64,000 nucleotides of DNA from Leucoraja ocellata (lineage: Eukaryota): positions 868,001-932,000 of the forward strand of contig JAWMAR010000562.1 in the NCBI GenBank assembly GCA_036785375.1. Direction: 5' to 3'. Shown here one piece after another: positions 10,600 through 22,929 of the stretch. The notes below the pieces were generated by a model. The model was not told where the DNA came from and did no database searches. It worked only from the letters and a program-made list of their open reading frames with translations. The first letter of the stretch is position 1, and every line of letters starts with the position of its first letter. The position numbers and the translations under genes were made by a program.

Positions 10600-12065
10600 T
10601 CGACTCAAAGCTGCTCTCAGTGTGTGTGAAGATAAGGCCAGTTTCTATCTGACCTTACTGATACTCTAGTGCAACAAGGGAAAATTACACATCCCCACAA
10701 GCAGTGCTGTTAATATGTCTTCTTACCAGAGCCAATCTATCAGAGCTTGCCCACCGACAGGGCCCAAAACCCAGCTATCATTTAGCTGCAAACCTCAGGT
10801 CATGTTCATGTTGCTGCCATCATAAAGCTGAGAAATTCCACTCACGAAGCTTGATGGATTATTGGGCAGCGATTAGGATGTTGAATACTGAAGAGTTTTT
10901 TAATTTTGTTTTTAGCATGAAGCATCCAGAGGGATTTTAGCAGCTGCGTTTGTAATTGGTCACAAATCAGATTAATGATTCAACATTGAGTACGTGCATT
11001 TTAGGTCTGAATTCCAGCCTGATCTTCAAGCATTTAACTTAAAAACACAGCCACTGAATGTAAGCAACCTTAATACTCATGGTCATTGATACAATCCACG
11101 AATAATGTAAACGGCACATCTATCTGAAAGACATGGATATGCTGAGTTCAAGTAAATCACTTCTCCACTCTTAAAAAATCCTTGCTTTTACAGGATTTTA
11201 TCTGAACAAATTGCATAAGGGAATTGTGAACTTTCTCCCTGTTTATTTTTAATCAACCTGTTTCATCTTTCTTTTTTAAGAAAGCCTACTCCTTCTCTCC
11301 ATAGATGCTGCCTCACCCGCTGAGTCAGTTGCCTGAGTTTCTCCGGCAATTTCTGTCTACTTTCGAGAGTTCAAGGCCAACATGTTCCTGTTAGAGTGAA
11401 GGGTATAGCTGGAATAATTCAGAATATTGAGGTTACATTCAAGAAAAAGGAGGGAGTATAGGTGATGTAAGAGTACACCTCAGAGAGAAACCAGGGGGGG
11501 GGGGGGGGGGGGGGGGGGCTAAATGAGGACATGAGATAGCTTTTGCAGATCAGGCAAAGAGAATAATAAAAATTGTGTGAAGCATATGAAGATCATAAAG
11601 GTAACTTGGAAAATAATAGGTCCCCTTTAAAGATTTGATCCCGGTTTGATCCTGACCTTGGCTAATGACCAAGTTGGTTTCCTCTGGGTGCTCCAGTTTC
11701 CTCCCACATCTCAAAGACGTGCAGGTTTGTAGGTTAATTTCCCTCTGCAAATTGGCCCTAGTGTGTAGGGAGTGGGAGCTATAACACCAGGATAAGCGCT
11801 CAACTAAGAAAACCAAGCTCCAAGCCAAGGTACAATCTACACTGAATATTCGAACATGCTAAGGGCGATAACTAACTTCATATGCAGTAAACAGCTACCT
11901 ACATGTTTACAAGCTCATTAAAAACAAACTGACCTTGTAGATATCAAGTGGGCATCTCCCTTCACTGGTGTTTCGTTGAGTTAGGCCCACAACACCTCGG
12001 GAAGGATAACTAGTTAGTGTCAACATGATCTATTGGAAGTGAAATGTTTTATAATAGCATGTGGA

Positions 12066-12435
12066 GAGGATAGACAGAGTTGAATTGGACAAGCTTTTCC
12101 CTTTGAGAATAGGGAATAGGGAAGATTCAAACAAGAGGACATGACTTCAGAATTAAGGGACAGAAGTTTAGGGGTAATACGAGGGGGAACTTCTTTACTC
12201 AGAGAGTGGTAGCGGTGTGGAATGAGCTTCCAGTGGAAGTGGTGGAGGCAGGTTCATTGGTATCATTTAAGAATAAATTGGATAGGCATATGGATGAGAA
12301 GGGAATGGAGGGTTATGGTATGAGTGCAGGCAGGTGGGACTAAGGGGAAAAAAAGTTGTTCGGCACGGACTTGTAGGGCCGAGATGGCCTGTTTCCGTGC
12401 TGTAATTGTTATATGGTTATATGTCATATGGTTAT
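12066..12435 (+). mobile_element. 5'-truncated CR1/HER1-like LINE present only in copy 1
   Basis: Encodes RGH..GNFFTQRVVAVWNELP and ends in an (atatggtt)-type tail. TSD atgtgga/atgtgaa. Empty site 'gcatgtggacatttatag' at ~56781. Confidence 0.9.
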
Positions 12436-12769
12436 ATGTGAACATTTATAGTTATGAACACAGATACACTCATTTTGAATGTCACATTTTGTTGAGGAGA
12501 TGTATGTATTTAATATGATAGGGTGTATATCCACCAGCTGTCTGAAGGTTAGTAATTTGCTGTGACTTCAGAAATAGCCATATACAGATATCCCTCGTAG
12601 GAGTGGAGTGGTATCCATTATTGCCGATAGACAGCTCTAACTGAATAAGGGAGGGGTAAATATGTACAGTATTGGAAAAGCAACCACTAAATATTGACAC
12701 ACAATAAACAGGAATTGTCAAAAAACACATAATACTTAAAACATTGTAAATACATTTAAAAAAGTCAAA

Positions 12770-12893
12770 TAGACACAACATGCTGCAGTAACTCAGCAGG
12801 ACAGGCAACATCTTTAGAGAGAAGGAATGGGTAATGTTTCGGGTTGTGTCTATCTTCGGGTGAAAACCAGCATCTGCAGCTCGTTCCTTCACA
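12770..12893. mobile_element. Collapsed inverted pair of Penelope terminal-repeat remnants
   Basis: Minus arm 'agacacaacatgctgcagtaactcagc...gtttcggg' is fused to plus arm 'tgtgtctatcttc...cagcatctgcag'. Confidence 0.65.
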
Positions 12894-14259
12894 GGGGATT
12901 AAAGAATCCACATCTACAGACAAAAAGCTACACATGATACGGTGGCATAAATGGCACAAATATGATACATGGGGGAACTTAATGATTATGACCATTTAAA
13001 GGAGAGGTTCTTATTTATATGGAATGCTTGGATTGATCCTTCAAAGTCACCAATCAGCAGAACAAAATGCCGTGATCCAAGTGTGGAAGGAAGCAACTTT
13101 ATTAGTAAATGCAGGCTTGGCCACTTATGTGACACTATCTGGACCATCTGGAAAGATCATTGGAATGTTAAAAGCATACTTTAACCCAGCAGCAAATAAA
13201 ACCACATACTGGCCATCCCTGCGTTATAAACACCAGATTTAAGGACATCGTGACATACAATCAAACTCCCATAATATTCAAAACTCATACCAATGCAGAA
13301 CAAGTTCCCTTCTCACTCCCCATTTGATAATGATTATTCTTTCTTATCAGTTGCATGTGCTTTTGATACCATTCATTACAACACATGGAGGCATGGTAAC
13401 ATATTGAGTGATTTGTGTATATTTCCAACGCATGGAGAAAATCAAGTTATAGACGGATGTCTGTTCGTTACCAGGGGATGGCCTGTGTACACTGGTGCTT
13501 CTGTTAACGGCAATAAAGACATTTCATTTTCTTTTTATGTCGGGAGATGCTGCTGGGCTGAGATAAGATATAAATAACTGTGTGTTAAAGTTGTCTTTCG
13601 ATACAATAACTGTTAATGCAATCACTTGCCTGTTTGACATTTAGAAAGTCTGTGAACAATGACATGTGCATTGCGAGCTAAACTGCTAAATTGGAGGAGA
13701 TAAGAGGTTGTGGACAACTGTTCGCAGGTTGGGTATCTTCAGGAAGAACAGGGAGGCAAATGAGGGAGTGGAGAAACAGAAACAATTGAATGCAGACTTT
13801 TTGTTTGTAGAACAAGATAATTGTGGGATGTCAGACTGACGACCGGGAATTTAGACTGAATGTAATCAGGACATTTTCTGCCACATTTGAGAAGACAGAC
13901 CATGATCAAGAGAAAATAGCAAGAAATCGTTTAAATGTAACTTGTCCCTAGTGTGTGTAGGATAGTGTTAATGTGCGAGTATCGCTGGTCGGTGCAGGAA
14001 CACAGATTCCATTGCTAAGAGATAACTTAACACCATTGTTAATACTTGTATATCTATCTACTTCGTGCAGATGGATTAACACATCAGCAAAGAGAAATAG
14101 ATCTTGCAGAGGTGGGCTGAGGTTTTCACCTAACGTGTCCTAAATTGACCGCTTACAATTCAGTGTCATAATTATCAGGTGTGAAAGCTCCAGAAGCAGA
14201 TGTTATACCAACTAAAGATCTTATACCAACTAAAGTCTTCAAAGAAGGGACTCGCTTTA

Positions 14260-14594
14260 AGGGCCTGTCCCACTGTACGAGGTAATTCAAGAGTTCTCCC
14301 GAGTTTCTCCTAATTCAAACTCGGAGAATTACGGTAATAGCCGCTCGTAGGTACTCGGGGCTCTCGTGGACATTTTTCAACATGTTGAACATGTTGAACA
14401 TGTTGAAAAATCTTCACAAGTCCTCACGAGCTTACCGCGTTTCCTGAATACCTGCCGTTAGCGTTACGAGCCGCTGAGAGACGTCCCAAGCTCCAACGTA
14501 CCTGCTACGTACATTCTACGTACTTACCACGAGTTTGATTTTTGTTTAAACTGGGGAGAGCTCTTGGATTACCTCGTACAGTGGGACAGGCCCT
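14260..14594. mobile_element. PIF/Harbinger-type MITE (copy 58689-59028, right TIR clipped)
   Basis: ~47-bp TIRs starting AGGGCCTGTCCCACTGTACGAGGTAAT, with TTA TSD at 14257-14259 and 14595-14597. Confidence 0.9.
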
Positions 14595-14597
14595 TTA

Positions 14598-14918
14598 GTT
14601 TAGTTTAGTTTTAGAGATACAGCATGGAAACAGGGCCTTCGGCCCACCAAGTCCGCACCGACCAGCGATCCCCGCACATTAACACTACCCTACCCACACA
14701 TGGGACAATTTTACATTTTTTTAATATACCAAGCCAATTTATCTACAAACCTGTACGTCTTTGGAGTGTGGGAGGAAACCGAAGATCTCGGAGAAAACCC
14801 ACGCGGGACATGGGAAGAACGTACAAACTCCGTACAGACCGCGCCCATAACCAGGATCAAACCCGGGTCCACGGCATTTTAAGACAGGAGGTCTACCGCT
14901 ACACCACCGTGCTGCCCC
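14598..14918 (-). mobile_element. V-SINE (HE1-like)
   Basis: Head, V-domain and (tttag)n tail on the minus strand. Confidence 0.88.
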
Positions 14919-15619
14919 AAATGTTGAATGGGAAACTTACAGAGCAATGTCAGGTGCTAACGAGCAGAATACAAGCACCTCAGGACTTCAAGGACATCAC
15001 CATTATCTGCCTATGCAAGCATATGGGACATTGACAAGTTTGTGACAATCACAGATGAAACTCTTTATTTCCGACTGCTGGTAAAACCTGTGCCAGAGTC
15101 CTGTCAAACGCACTGTTCATTCACTCAGCTTGAACAGGGCTTACTCTCAGAGAGCCAATGTGGTTTTGTGAAGAGTGTGGAAGAGGAAACATGTCTTTGA
15201 AGCAAGGCAACTCCACGAGAAGTGCCAAGAACAAGACTGCAGCTTGTCCACCACCTTTTTGGATCTCATTAAAGCTTTAGCCACTGCTTGCCATGAAGGT
15301 CTTTGAAAAATTATGGCAGAGGAGGGTTACCCCAAAAATGTTCAGCACAATTCTCCGACAACTTCATGATGGTATAATGGCCAGGGAAGTGGATGACGGA
15401 GGGACATTAAACCAATTCCTTCTCACCAATGGTGTGAAGCAAAGCCTTGTGCTGGGCATCACAATGCTTGCTACAATATTCTCTACAATGCAACCTGATA
15501 CTTACCCTAATATGAAGATGGAATCATTCTGAGATACTCGACTGCTGGTTCTCCGAGGAGACTCTCAGCCAAAAGGAAATATAAGAAACATCCTTAAGTG
15601 ACGTCCCCTTTGTTGATGA

Positions 15620-16305
15620 CACGGTGGCACAGTGGTGCAGCGGTGGAGCTACTGCCTTACAGCGCTAGAGACCAGGGTTTAATCCTAACTACGGGTGCTG
15701 TCTGTACAGAGTTTGTACGTTCTTCCCGTGAACTGCTTTGTTTTCTCAGAAATCTTCGGTTTCCTCCCACATTCCAAAACCGTACAGGTTTGTACGTTAA
15801 TTGTACGTTAAAGATTGTTAAGGGCGTGGACACGCTAGAGGCAGGAAACATGTTCCCGATGTTGGGGGAGTCCAGAACCAGGGGCCAAAGTTTAGGAATA
15901 AGGAGTAAGCCATTTAGAACGGAGAAGAGGAAACACTTTTTCTCACAGAGAGTGGTGAGTCTGTGGAATTATCTGCCTCAGAGGGCGGTGGAGGCCGGTT
16001 CTCTGGATGCTTTCAAGAGAGAGCTAGATAGGGCTCTTAAAAATAGCGGAGTCAGTGGATATGGGGAGAAGGCAGGAACGGGGTACTGATTGGGGATGAT
16101 CAGCCATGATCACATTGAATGGCGGCGCTGGCTCGAAGGGCCGAATGGCCTACTCCAGCACCTATTGTCTATTGTCTAGTTGGCTTGGTTACAAATGTCA
16201 AATTGTCTCTAATGTGTGTAGGATAGTGTTATTGTGCGGGGATCGTTGGTCAGTGCGGACTCAGTGGGCCGAAGGGCCTGTTTCCGCGCTGTATCACTAA
16301 ACTAA
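15620..16305 (+). mobile_element. V-SINE split by a CR1 3' fragment (~15810-16177)
   Basis: ORF 15598-16089 is a SINE-CR1 chimera. The SINE resumes at 'ttggcttgg..aattgtc' after the ctattgt tail. Confidence 0.85.
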
Positions 16306-16698
16306 GACTGAAAAGACTGCACATGCAGTGCAAGTTCAGAAGCTGAGGAGCCACTAGACTTCGACAAATGCTCCTGTGCCTGGGATAACTTTCGCCTCAC
16401 AATTAGCACAAAAAAAACTAAATTTATGCAGCCCCCCGCAGCTGCACGCAGAACCAAAGATTCTTGTGAATGGTCAGAAGCTTCCAATATTGGACTCGTT
16501 TACTTATCTTGGCAGCACTCTCTTTCGAGATCAGTCAACACTGATGCTAAAGACAAGCTCTTTTTCAGGAAGACTAAGACATAACGTATGGGAGTAAAGA
16601 GGAATGAGCCTAAAGACCAAACTGAAAGTGCATCTTGCTGTTATTATCCCGACCTAACTATGTTTCAGTGTGTTCAGCAGACACGCCAAATAGCCTTA

Positions 16699-17028
16699 AG
16701 GGCCTGTCCCACTTTCCCGAGTTATTCACGAATTCTCCTGAGTTTTCAAACTCGCAGAATGTTCGTAACGAGTCTGCAGGAGGCTGTACGAGTTCGTGGA
16801 TGTATCGTAGCGCCAGCCGTAGGTACTCGGGGCATCAGGGAAGTCGGGACGTTTTTTCCAGCCTGATGAAAAATGTCCACGAGTAAAAAAATATCCCCGA
16901 GTACCTACCGCTGCAATAACGAGCCGCTACGATATATCCACGGATTCCAACGGCCTCGTTACGAACATTCTGCGAGTTTGAAAACTAGGGAGAATTTGTG
17001 AATAACTTGGGAAAGCGGGGCAGGCCCT
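16699..17028. mobile_element. PIF/Harbinger-type MITE, second subfamily (copy 61129-61458)
   Basis: TIR AGGGCCTGTCCCACTTTCCCGAGTTATTCAC with an imperfect right TIR. TTA TSD at 16696-16698 and 17029-17031. Confidence 0.88.
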
Positions 17029-17171
17029 TTAACCACTTCCACAAGACCCGCCTGCACAGAATACCTCATGTCAAATGGCAAGACTTCATACAGATTCTGC
17101 CCAATAAAACCTTATCAGCATCTACACATTGCTGAAAGAATGACAGATCAGGTGGGAGGATGCCAGAATGG

Positions 17172-17435
17172 CACAGAACACCATAGGAGATCCTTTTTCC
17201 CTGTGGCTATCAAACTGTGCAGCTCCTCCCCAACTTTGCACATCCCTCATCCTGGACTTTTCCACTCGATAATTTCATTCCATGTTTGTGCAATATTACA
17301 CATGTGCTATGCAATAACTGGCCACTTTAATGTCATTAGTCTTATAATGCAGGTGACACAACCTTTGTAACTGAATCTTTGGACTGTCGGCAGACCAGTC
17401 TCCCACTGGGATAAATAAATCTGTATCGTATCGTA
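17172..17435 (+). mobile_element. Rex1/Babar-like LINE 3' fragment
   Basis: Reads TEHHRRSFFPVAIKL and ends in 'ataaataaatctgtatcgtatcgta'. Confidence 0.6.
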
Positions 17436-18599
17436 GGGCTATGTCAGAAGAACGTCGGATCTCCGATGCCAAAACAGCCACTTTATTGGGAGCTGACTGA
17501 GGGCAAACAAGCAAGTAGTGGATGGAGAAAGAGATTCAAAGACTCTGTTCAAACATCCGTGAAGTGTTTTGACTTGACACGTTAAATGTTGTCAAGCAAT
17601 CCTTTGAGGGCGCTATTTGTATCAGAATTTCTGTTTAAAGGCAAAGCGTACATTTTATTGGACAGTAAAAAGGTTGCAGGAACCGCAATAGAACAGAAAC
17701 AGGGCACTGGATCAAAGGGGATTGTTGTTGTCAGTCAACTGGAAACCAAAGCAACACATTTCCTCCACTTGTGTACTAATTAATGAGCTGCAGAAGTGCC
17801 TTCGCTGGGTTTTCTCCAAGGGGCAAAATGGATCAAAATACCAAACAATGAGGCAAATGCAATGGATCTGCAATTACCAACTTTCAGTCAGTTCAGGTCA
17901 TCAAAGAGGCTCTGAAGTGTTACAGCAAGACCCAAATGGGCAGGAGTCAAGTCAAGTCAAGTCAAGTCAAGAGAGTTTATTGTCATGTGTCCCAGATAAG
18001 ACAATGAAATTCTTGCTTGCAATGAGATTGTGCTGAGAAATTCCAACCATGAGGTTGAAATTTCTCAGAACGAAGCAATGAAGTGGCAATCGACGAAGTG
18101 AAAATTGGAGCATTGGTGGTATTTCCTTTGAGACAACAGAGCAAAACTGTAAATGAACCTGTTACTCAAGATGCATTCTCGATCAAATAAGGTGAATGAT
18201 GGAGATGACTCCACAATGTAAAGGTACTATCATGGGAAAGCAAGCAGGACACAAGAGAAAAACAAGTCTACTAAGTGGAAAAGAACACCTCCTTGCAAAA
18301 ATGAGGAGAATTGTAGTGATCAGATTTCACCTTGCCTTAAAGATAACAGGGCATCGTGTTGAAATATCACATTCATCTAATATTGGTTAGCTTCTGAAAA
18401 ATAGGTCTCTCAAAACATTAAAGATTACTGGAAGAAGGAGTCAGAATCTTGAGTTTGAACGGAGGCAGACAATATCTTCAGCGTGTTTCCAACATTTTAA
18501 TGTATATTTTGTGCACCAATACAGAAAATGATGTAATTGAATGTACTTAGAAACTTATCAGTAATTTGATGTATTCTGAAGGAAGATATGACATTGGGA

Positions 18600-19135
18600 A
18601 AGGCTGCATTTGGAATATTGTGAGCAACTTTGGATACCATATCTGCGGAAGGTTGTGTTGGCTCTGGAGAGGGTCCAGGAATGAGTAGGTTAACATATGA
18701 TGAGCGTTTGTCGGCCCTGGGCCTGTACTCCCTTGAGTTTAGAAGAATGAGAGGGAACCTCATTGAATCATGGAATAGTGATAGGCTTGGATAAAGTGGA
18801 TGTGGAGAGGATATTTCCACTAGCAGGAGAGTCTAGGACTAGATGTCATAGCATCAGAATTAAAGGACATTCTTTTAGGGAGGAGATGAGGAGAAATGTC
18901 TTTATTCAGAGGGTGGTGAATCTGGAATTCTTTGCCACAGAAGGCCATGGAGGCCAAGTCAGTGGATATTTTTAAGGCAGAGATAGATAGATTCTTGATT
19001 AGTACGGGTATCAGTGGTTATGGGGAGAAGGGGTTAGAAGGGAGAGATAAATCAGCCATGATCGAATGGCGGAGTAGATTTGATGGGCCGAATGGCCTAA
19101 TTCTACTCGATCACTTATGACCTTATGAACTTATG
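18600..19135 (+). mobile_element. CR1 3' fragment (copy ~63030-63565)
   Basis: Reads GLDKVDVERIFPLAGESRTR..QRVVNL, with a ttatga tail. Confidence 0.85.
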
Positions 19136-21629
19136 ACATTGTTTATTTATTGTAGGATAGTCCATGATAGTTTATGTATATCAATAACAGCTATAAGGAT
19201 GCAGTGTGTGACCAAGCATTGCTTGCACAATGTGAACATAGTCTTGAATTAGGTATGATACCATCGCAGCTATCTGTGAGCCAAGCATGTGTGACTAGTA
19301 TTATTAACAAAGGTTCAAAACATCCATGTTGAATTCACAGCCAGCAAGCCCTGAAGTGAAGAATGGTAATGTAAAGGGTAGCATTCGTTATCAAGGATTG
19401 TGGGCTCTGCTAGATATCTTTTCTCATCAGCCAAATGGATAATGTGACATTAGTTGGGTGTAACTCATACATAAGTGGCCTCAGATGTAGACACCCATGA
19501 ATGTGAGATTGCAGTTTTGGCTGTACTGAAGGCAAGAATTAGAAGCGATGAGGTAGTTTCAGATGTAATGATCTCAGCAGGGAGAAACAGCAGCATTGCT
19601 AGGGAATACTTGCTCATATCATCATTATCATTTGCCCACAGCATCCTAGCCATTATTCTAATGGGTAAAATGATGTCTCAGCTGCAGGAACACTGTTCTT
19701 AATATTCCATTGAAGGCAACCACAACAACACTTCCAACAGCACCTGCCCATGCAGATGAAGGACACACTGAATGGTGAAAATAGTGATATTAAAAATGGA
19801 AGGTGCATGAAAACATTTAAACAGGGAATAACTTCAGAAAACAACCCTTTTTGCTCCTGAGAATGTTATCTCACTGATTATTACATTTCAAGACCTCAGT
19901 GACCTCACAGATAGATGGCAGTGTTGGCTTGAAAGAAGCATCAAGGAAATCATCTTCTCTCAAAGATGCATTCTGACAGTTTAATCACAGTGTCAGGTCA
20001 ATTGGAACAGAAAAGGGGGAAGACCTTCAGAAAAATCAGATTTCCAACCTAGCTTTTGTCAGCTTCAGGCATTTGATAAATTGTAGCATCTTAAGACTGA
20101 AACTCACAAGTAGACCAACATTACAGCGCTGTTCACCACAATATGAAAAAAACAAAATGGAATTAAAGATACTGCCCCGCTAACTCGTAACTAAAAACCT
20201 ACAACCTGATCTTAAGCACTCCAGATTTATCATTTTTAATTTTGGTTATATTAATGCTGACATATTTTCTATGCAGGACATTTTTTTGTTGTTTTTTATG
20301 CCTTGCGCTTCCAGCCAGGACCGATTTATCTTCAGGATGCTGCAAATGATACAGAGAAACAGCAAGACAAGGAGTCAGACAGAGGTGAAGTGTCCGTCAT
20401 CCTGTCTAAATGGCACCAATAGACCACCAAGAACTGCTTACTTGCTTGTTAATCAGAGTGCTGATTGCCATATCACTGATATCAGTGAGTAAAGATGCCT
20501 TTGTTATTCCATAACTCACTAAATTGATTGAATTCCAGCTTTGACAAGCAGCTACTGCAACATCTGCCAAAAGGAATGCATTTTGTTCATTTCCTACTGG
20601 ACATCCAAGTGCATGCCACTGTGAATACATCTTTTATTTGTCCACTCCAATAAACAGGTTTAATTCAATCCCTGGGCTGAAAAGCAGCTCAAAATATAAA
20701 TTGTGGTTATAAATATGCAATAATGTTAGAATGAATACTAATTAGATTTGACCCATATTATACTGACTTCTCTAATGGACAAAGGTTAACACTGAGTCCA
20801 ACCGAAAGAATTTATCATTAATAACACATAGTGTTTCGTTATCACTTGGTTGATAAATTGGTACTTTCTTCTTAATTGTAGAATGAAATAATTGGTAAGA
20901 AACTACTACTACTGATAGTATGTTTAAAAAAACTTGCCCCGCACATCTCCTTTCAACTTTGCTCCTCACAACTTAAAGCTACGCACTCTGGTATTTGATT
21001 TTTTCATCCAGGGAAAATGATTTTCCCTATCAACCCTATCTACGCCTCTCATAATTTTAATATACTCCTGCCAGGTCTCCCCGCAAACTCCGACATTCCC
21101 GAGAAAAGTATCCAAGTCTGCCCAACCTCGCCCTGTAGTTCTCCCCCGCATGCAGGCATCATTCTGTTATACATTCTCTGCATCCTTTACAAAGCCTCCA
21201 CTTCCTTCCTGTAATGGGGCAACCAGAACTGTATGCAATACTCCGAATGACTCACTGACCCTTACACTCAATGCCCCGATGTATGAAACCAAGCATACCA
21301 TAATGCCTTCTTCATCTGCAGCCTTCCTCCAATAGATAATAGTGAGCCTGCAGAGTCCTCTTACTGAAGTGTACAACCTCTCTCTTTCCATATTAACTCT
21401 ATTTGCCAAGTTTTCTTCCATCCGCTCAACCTATCTATATTCCTTTGCAGAATCCTCAGATATCCTCATTTTGAGATATCTTGTTGACAAACCTGCTTAC
21501 CCTACACTCTGCCCTGCTCCTCCAGATCATTGCTACAAACCTTAAATAATTACGGGTCAGGACCAGATCGTTGGGGCAACGCACTAGTTACATCCTTCCA
21601 AACTGGAAACATCCCTCTTTGTGATCATT

Positions 21630-22157
21630 CATTGTGATCATGGCTGATCGTCCCCTATCAATAACCCGTGCCTGCCTTCTCCCCATATCCCTTGATTCCA
21701 CTAGCCCCTCGAGCTCTATCTAACTCTCTCTTAAATCCATCCAGTGATTTGGCCTCCACTGCCCTCTGTGGCAGGGGATTCCACAAATTCACAACTCTCT
21801 GGGTGAAAAAGTTATTTCTCACCTCAGTCTTAAATGGCCTCCCCTTTATTCTAAGACTGTGGCCCCTGGTTCTGGACGCGCCTAACATTGGGAATATTTT
21901 TCCTGCATCTAGCTTGTCCAGTCCTTTTATAATTTTATATGTTTCTGTAAGGTGTTCCCTCATCCTTCTAAACTCCAGTGAATACAAGCCTAGTCTTTTC
22001 AATCTTTCCTCATATGTCAGTCCCCCCATCCCAGGGATCAATCTCGTGAACCTACGCTGCACTGCCTCAATCACAAGGATGTCCTTCCTCAAATTAGGAG
22101 ACCAAAACTGTACACAATACTCCAGATGTGGTCTCACCAGAGCCCTATACAACTGCA
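21630..22157 (-). mobile_element. Young CR1 3' fragment; an older CR1 remnant lies alongside at ~20930-21600
   Basis: ORF 21658-22200 reads LQLYRALVRPHLEYCVQFWSP...GYGEKAGTGY without interruption. Confidence 0.92.
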
Positions 22158-22929
22158 GAAAAATCTCTGGAGAAAAGAAATCGGTGATGATTTGGGTCAA
22201 GACCTTTCTTCAGACATCCCTGTTATTCTGATTGTGTTTTATCTTCAATCCATAGTAACACACGTCCTTTTGTACCGTGAGCTCTTGTGCACCTTTGCCC
22301 AAGGTTTTCACTAGGGCCTTCTCTAGCTGCTCTCAATATGATATCAGCTCACTCCTCCTACAATATTGTTGCCACAGTTGCCTTAGAACCCAAACCTTCC
22401 CAAATAATTTTAACTACCAAAACTACTGAAGCTTTTCACTGTGCTTCGGTGCCACATGTGACAATAGATTAAACTAAACCAAATTACCAGAACACACTCT
22501 GGGATGATCTGATCTCGTGAAATCTAGCACAGGTTTGAAGGTATCATTTTGCTTTGTTTTCAATGGACTTCGGCAACTAACAGGTAAAATGTTTAGCAAT
22601 GGACAGCTTCTGATTCGCTAGCCAAGACTACACGAGGACTAACATGAGCACGTCAGCTGTGATTAACCACAATTAACCAAGCTTTACCAAAGGATAATAA
22701 ATCAGCTTTCTTTTGACAGTTTCCAACTTCATTTTTAGCCACAGCTGCTGCCATAATTATACTGATTAGTCACACTAAATTATTTTCTAAAAAGCTAATT
22801 ACCACTGGACATCATCCGTCATCAGCTCTGTTGGGGAGGAGGAATGTGCCACCCTTTCTGAAATTAATTTGTTTTTAAAATCCTGTTTGCAAAATAAATA
22901 TCCGGAAAGACATTCACTTCATATTCAAC

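Larger units (their letters stand above)
14920..17720 (+). mobile_element. Ancient RTE-clade LINE fossil hosting nested insertions (copy ~59350-62150)
   Basis: Frameshifted RT motifs PQDFKDITII, ILRQLHDG..TNGVKQ, SFTYLGSTL and LNHFH. It may extend upstream to about 13600. Confidence 0.75.
1..19570 (+). repeat. Copy 1 of a >=19.6 kb direct duplication (partner 43270-64000)
   Basis: Position 1 'ttggaaagatgcatgaatagg' equals 43270. The ORF tracks are colinear (386/43655, 10704/55433, 15293/59723, 18932/63362). The offset runs from 43269 to 44430. Confidence 0.97.

Noticed and set aside
11494-11518. Long G homopolymer (7 G in copy 2)
   Set aside because: Homopolymer length is unreliable and typical of slippage or sequencing error.
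14381-14407. Short palindromic repeats as a CRISPR-like array
   Set aside because: There are no spacers, the context is eukaryotic, and the repeats are the centre of a MITE.
19465-20630. Short ORFs in unique AT-rich DNA as possible host exons
   Set aside because: No recognisable protein similarity or convincing splice pattern. Small exons cannot be excluded without RNA-seq.
21668-22231. 187-aa antisense ORF and similar antisense ORFs over CR1 and Penelope
   Set aside because: Shadow frames of TE coding sequence.
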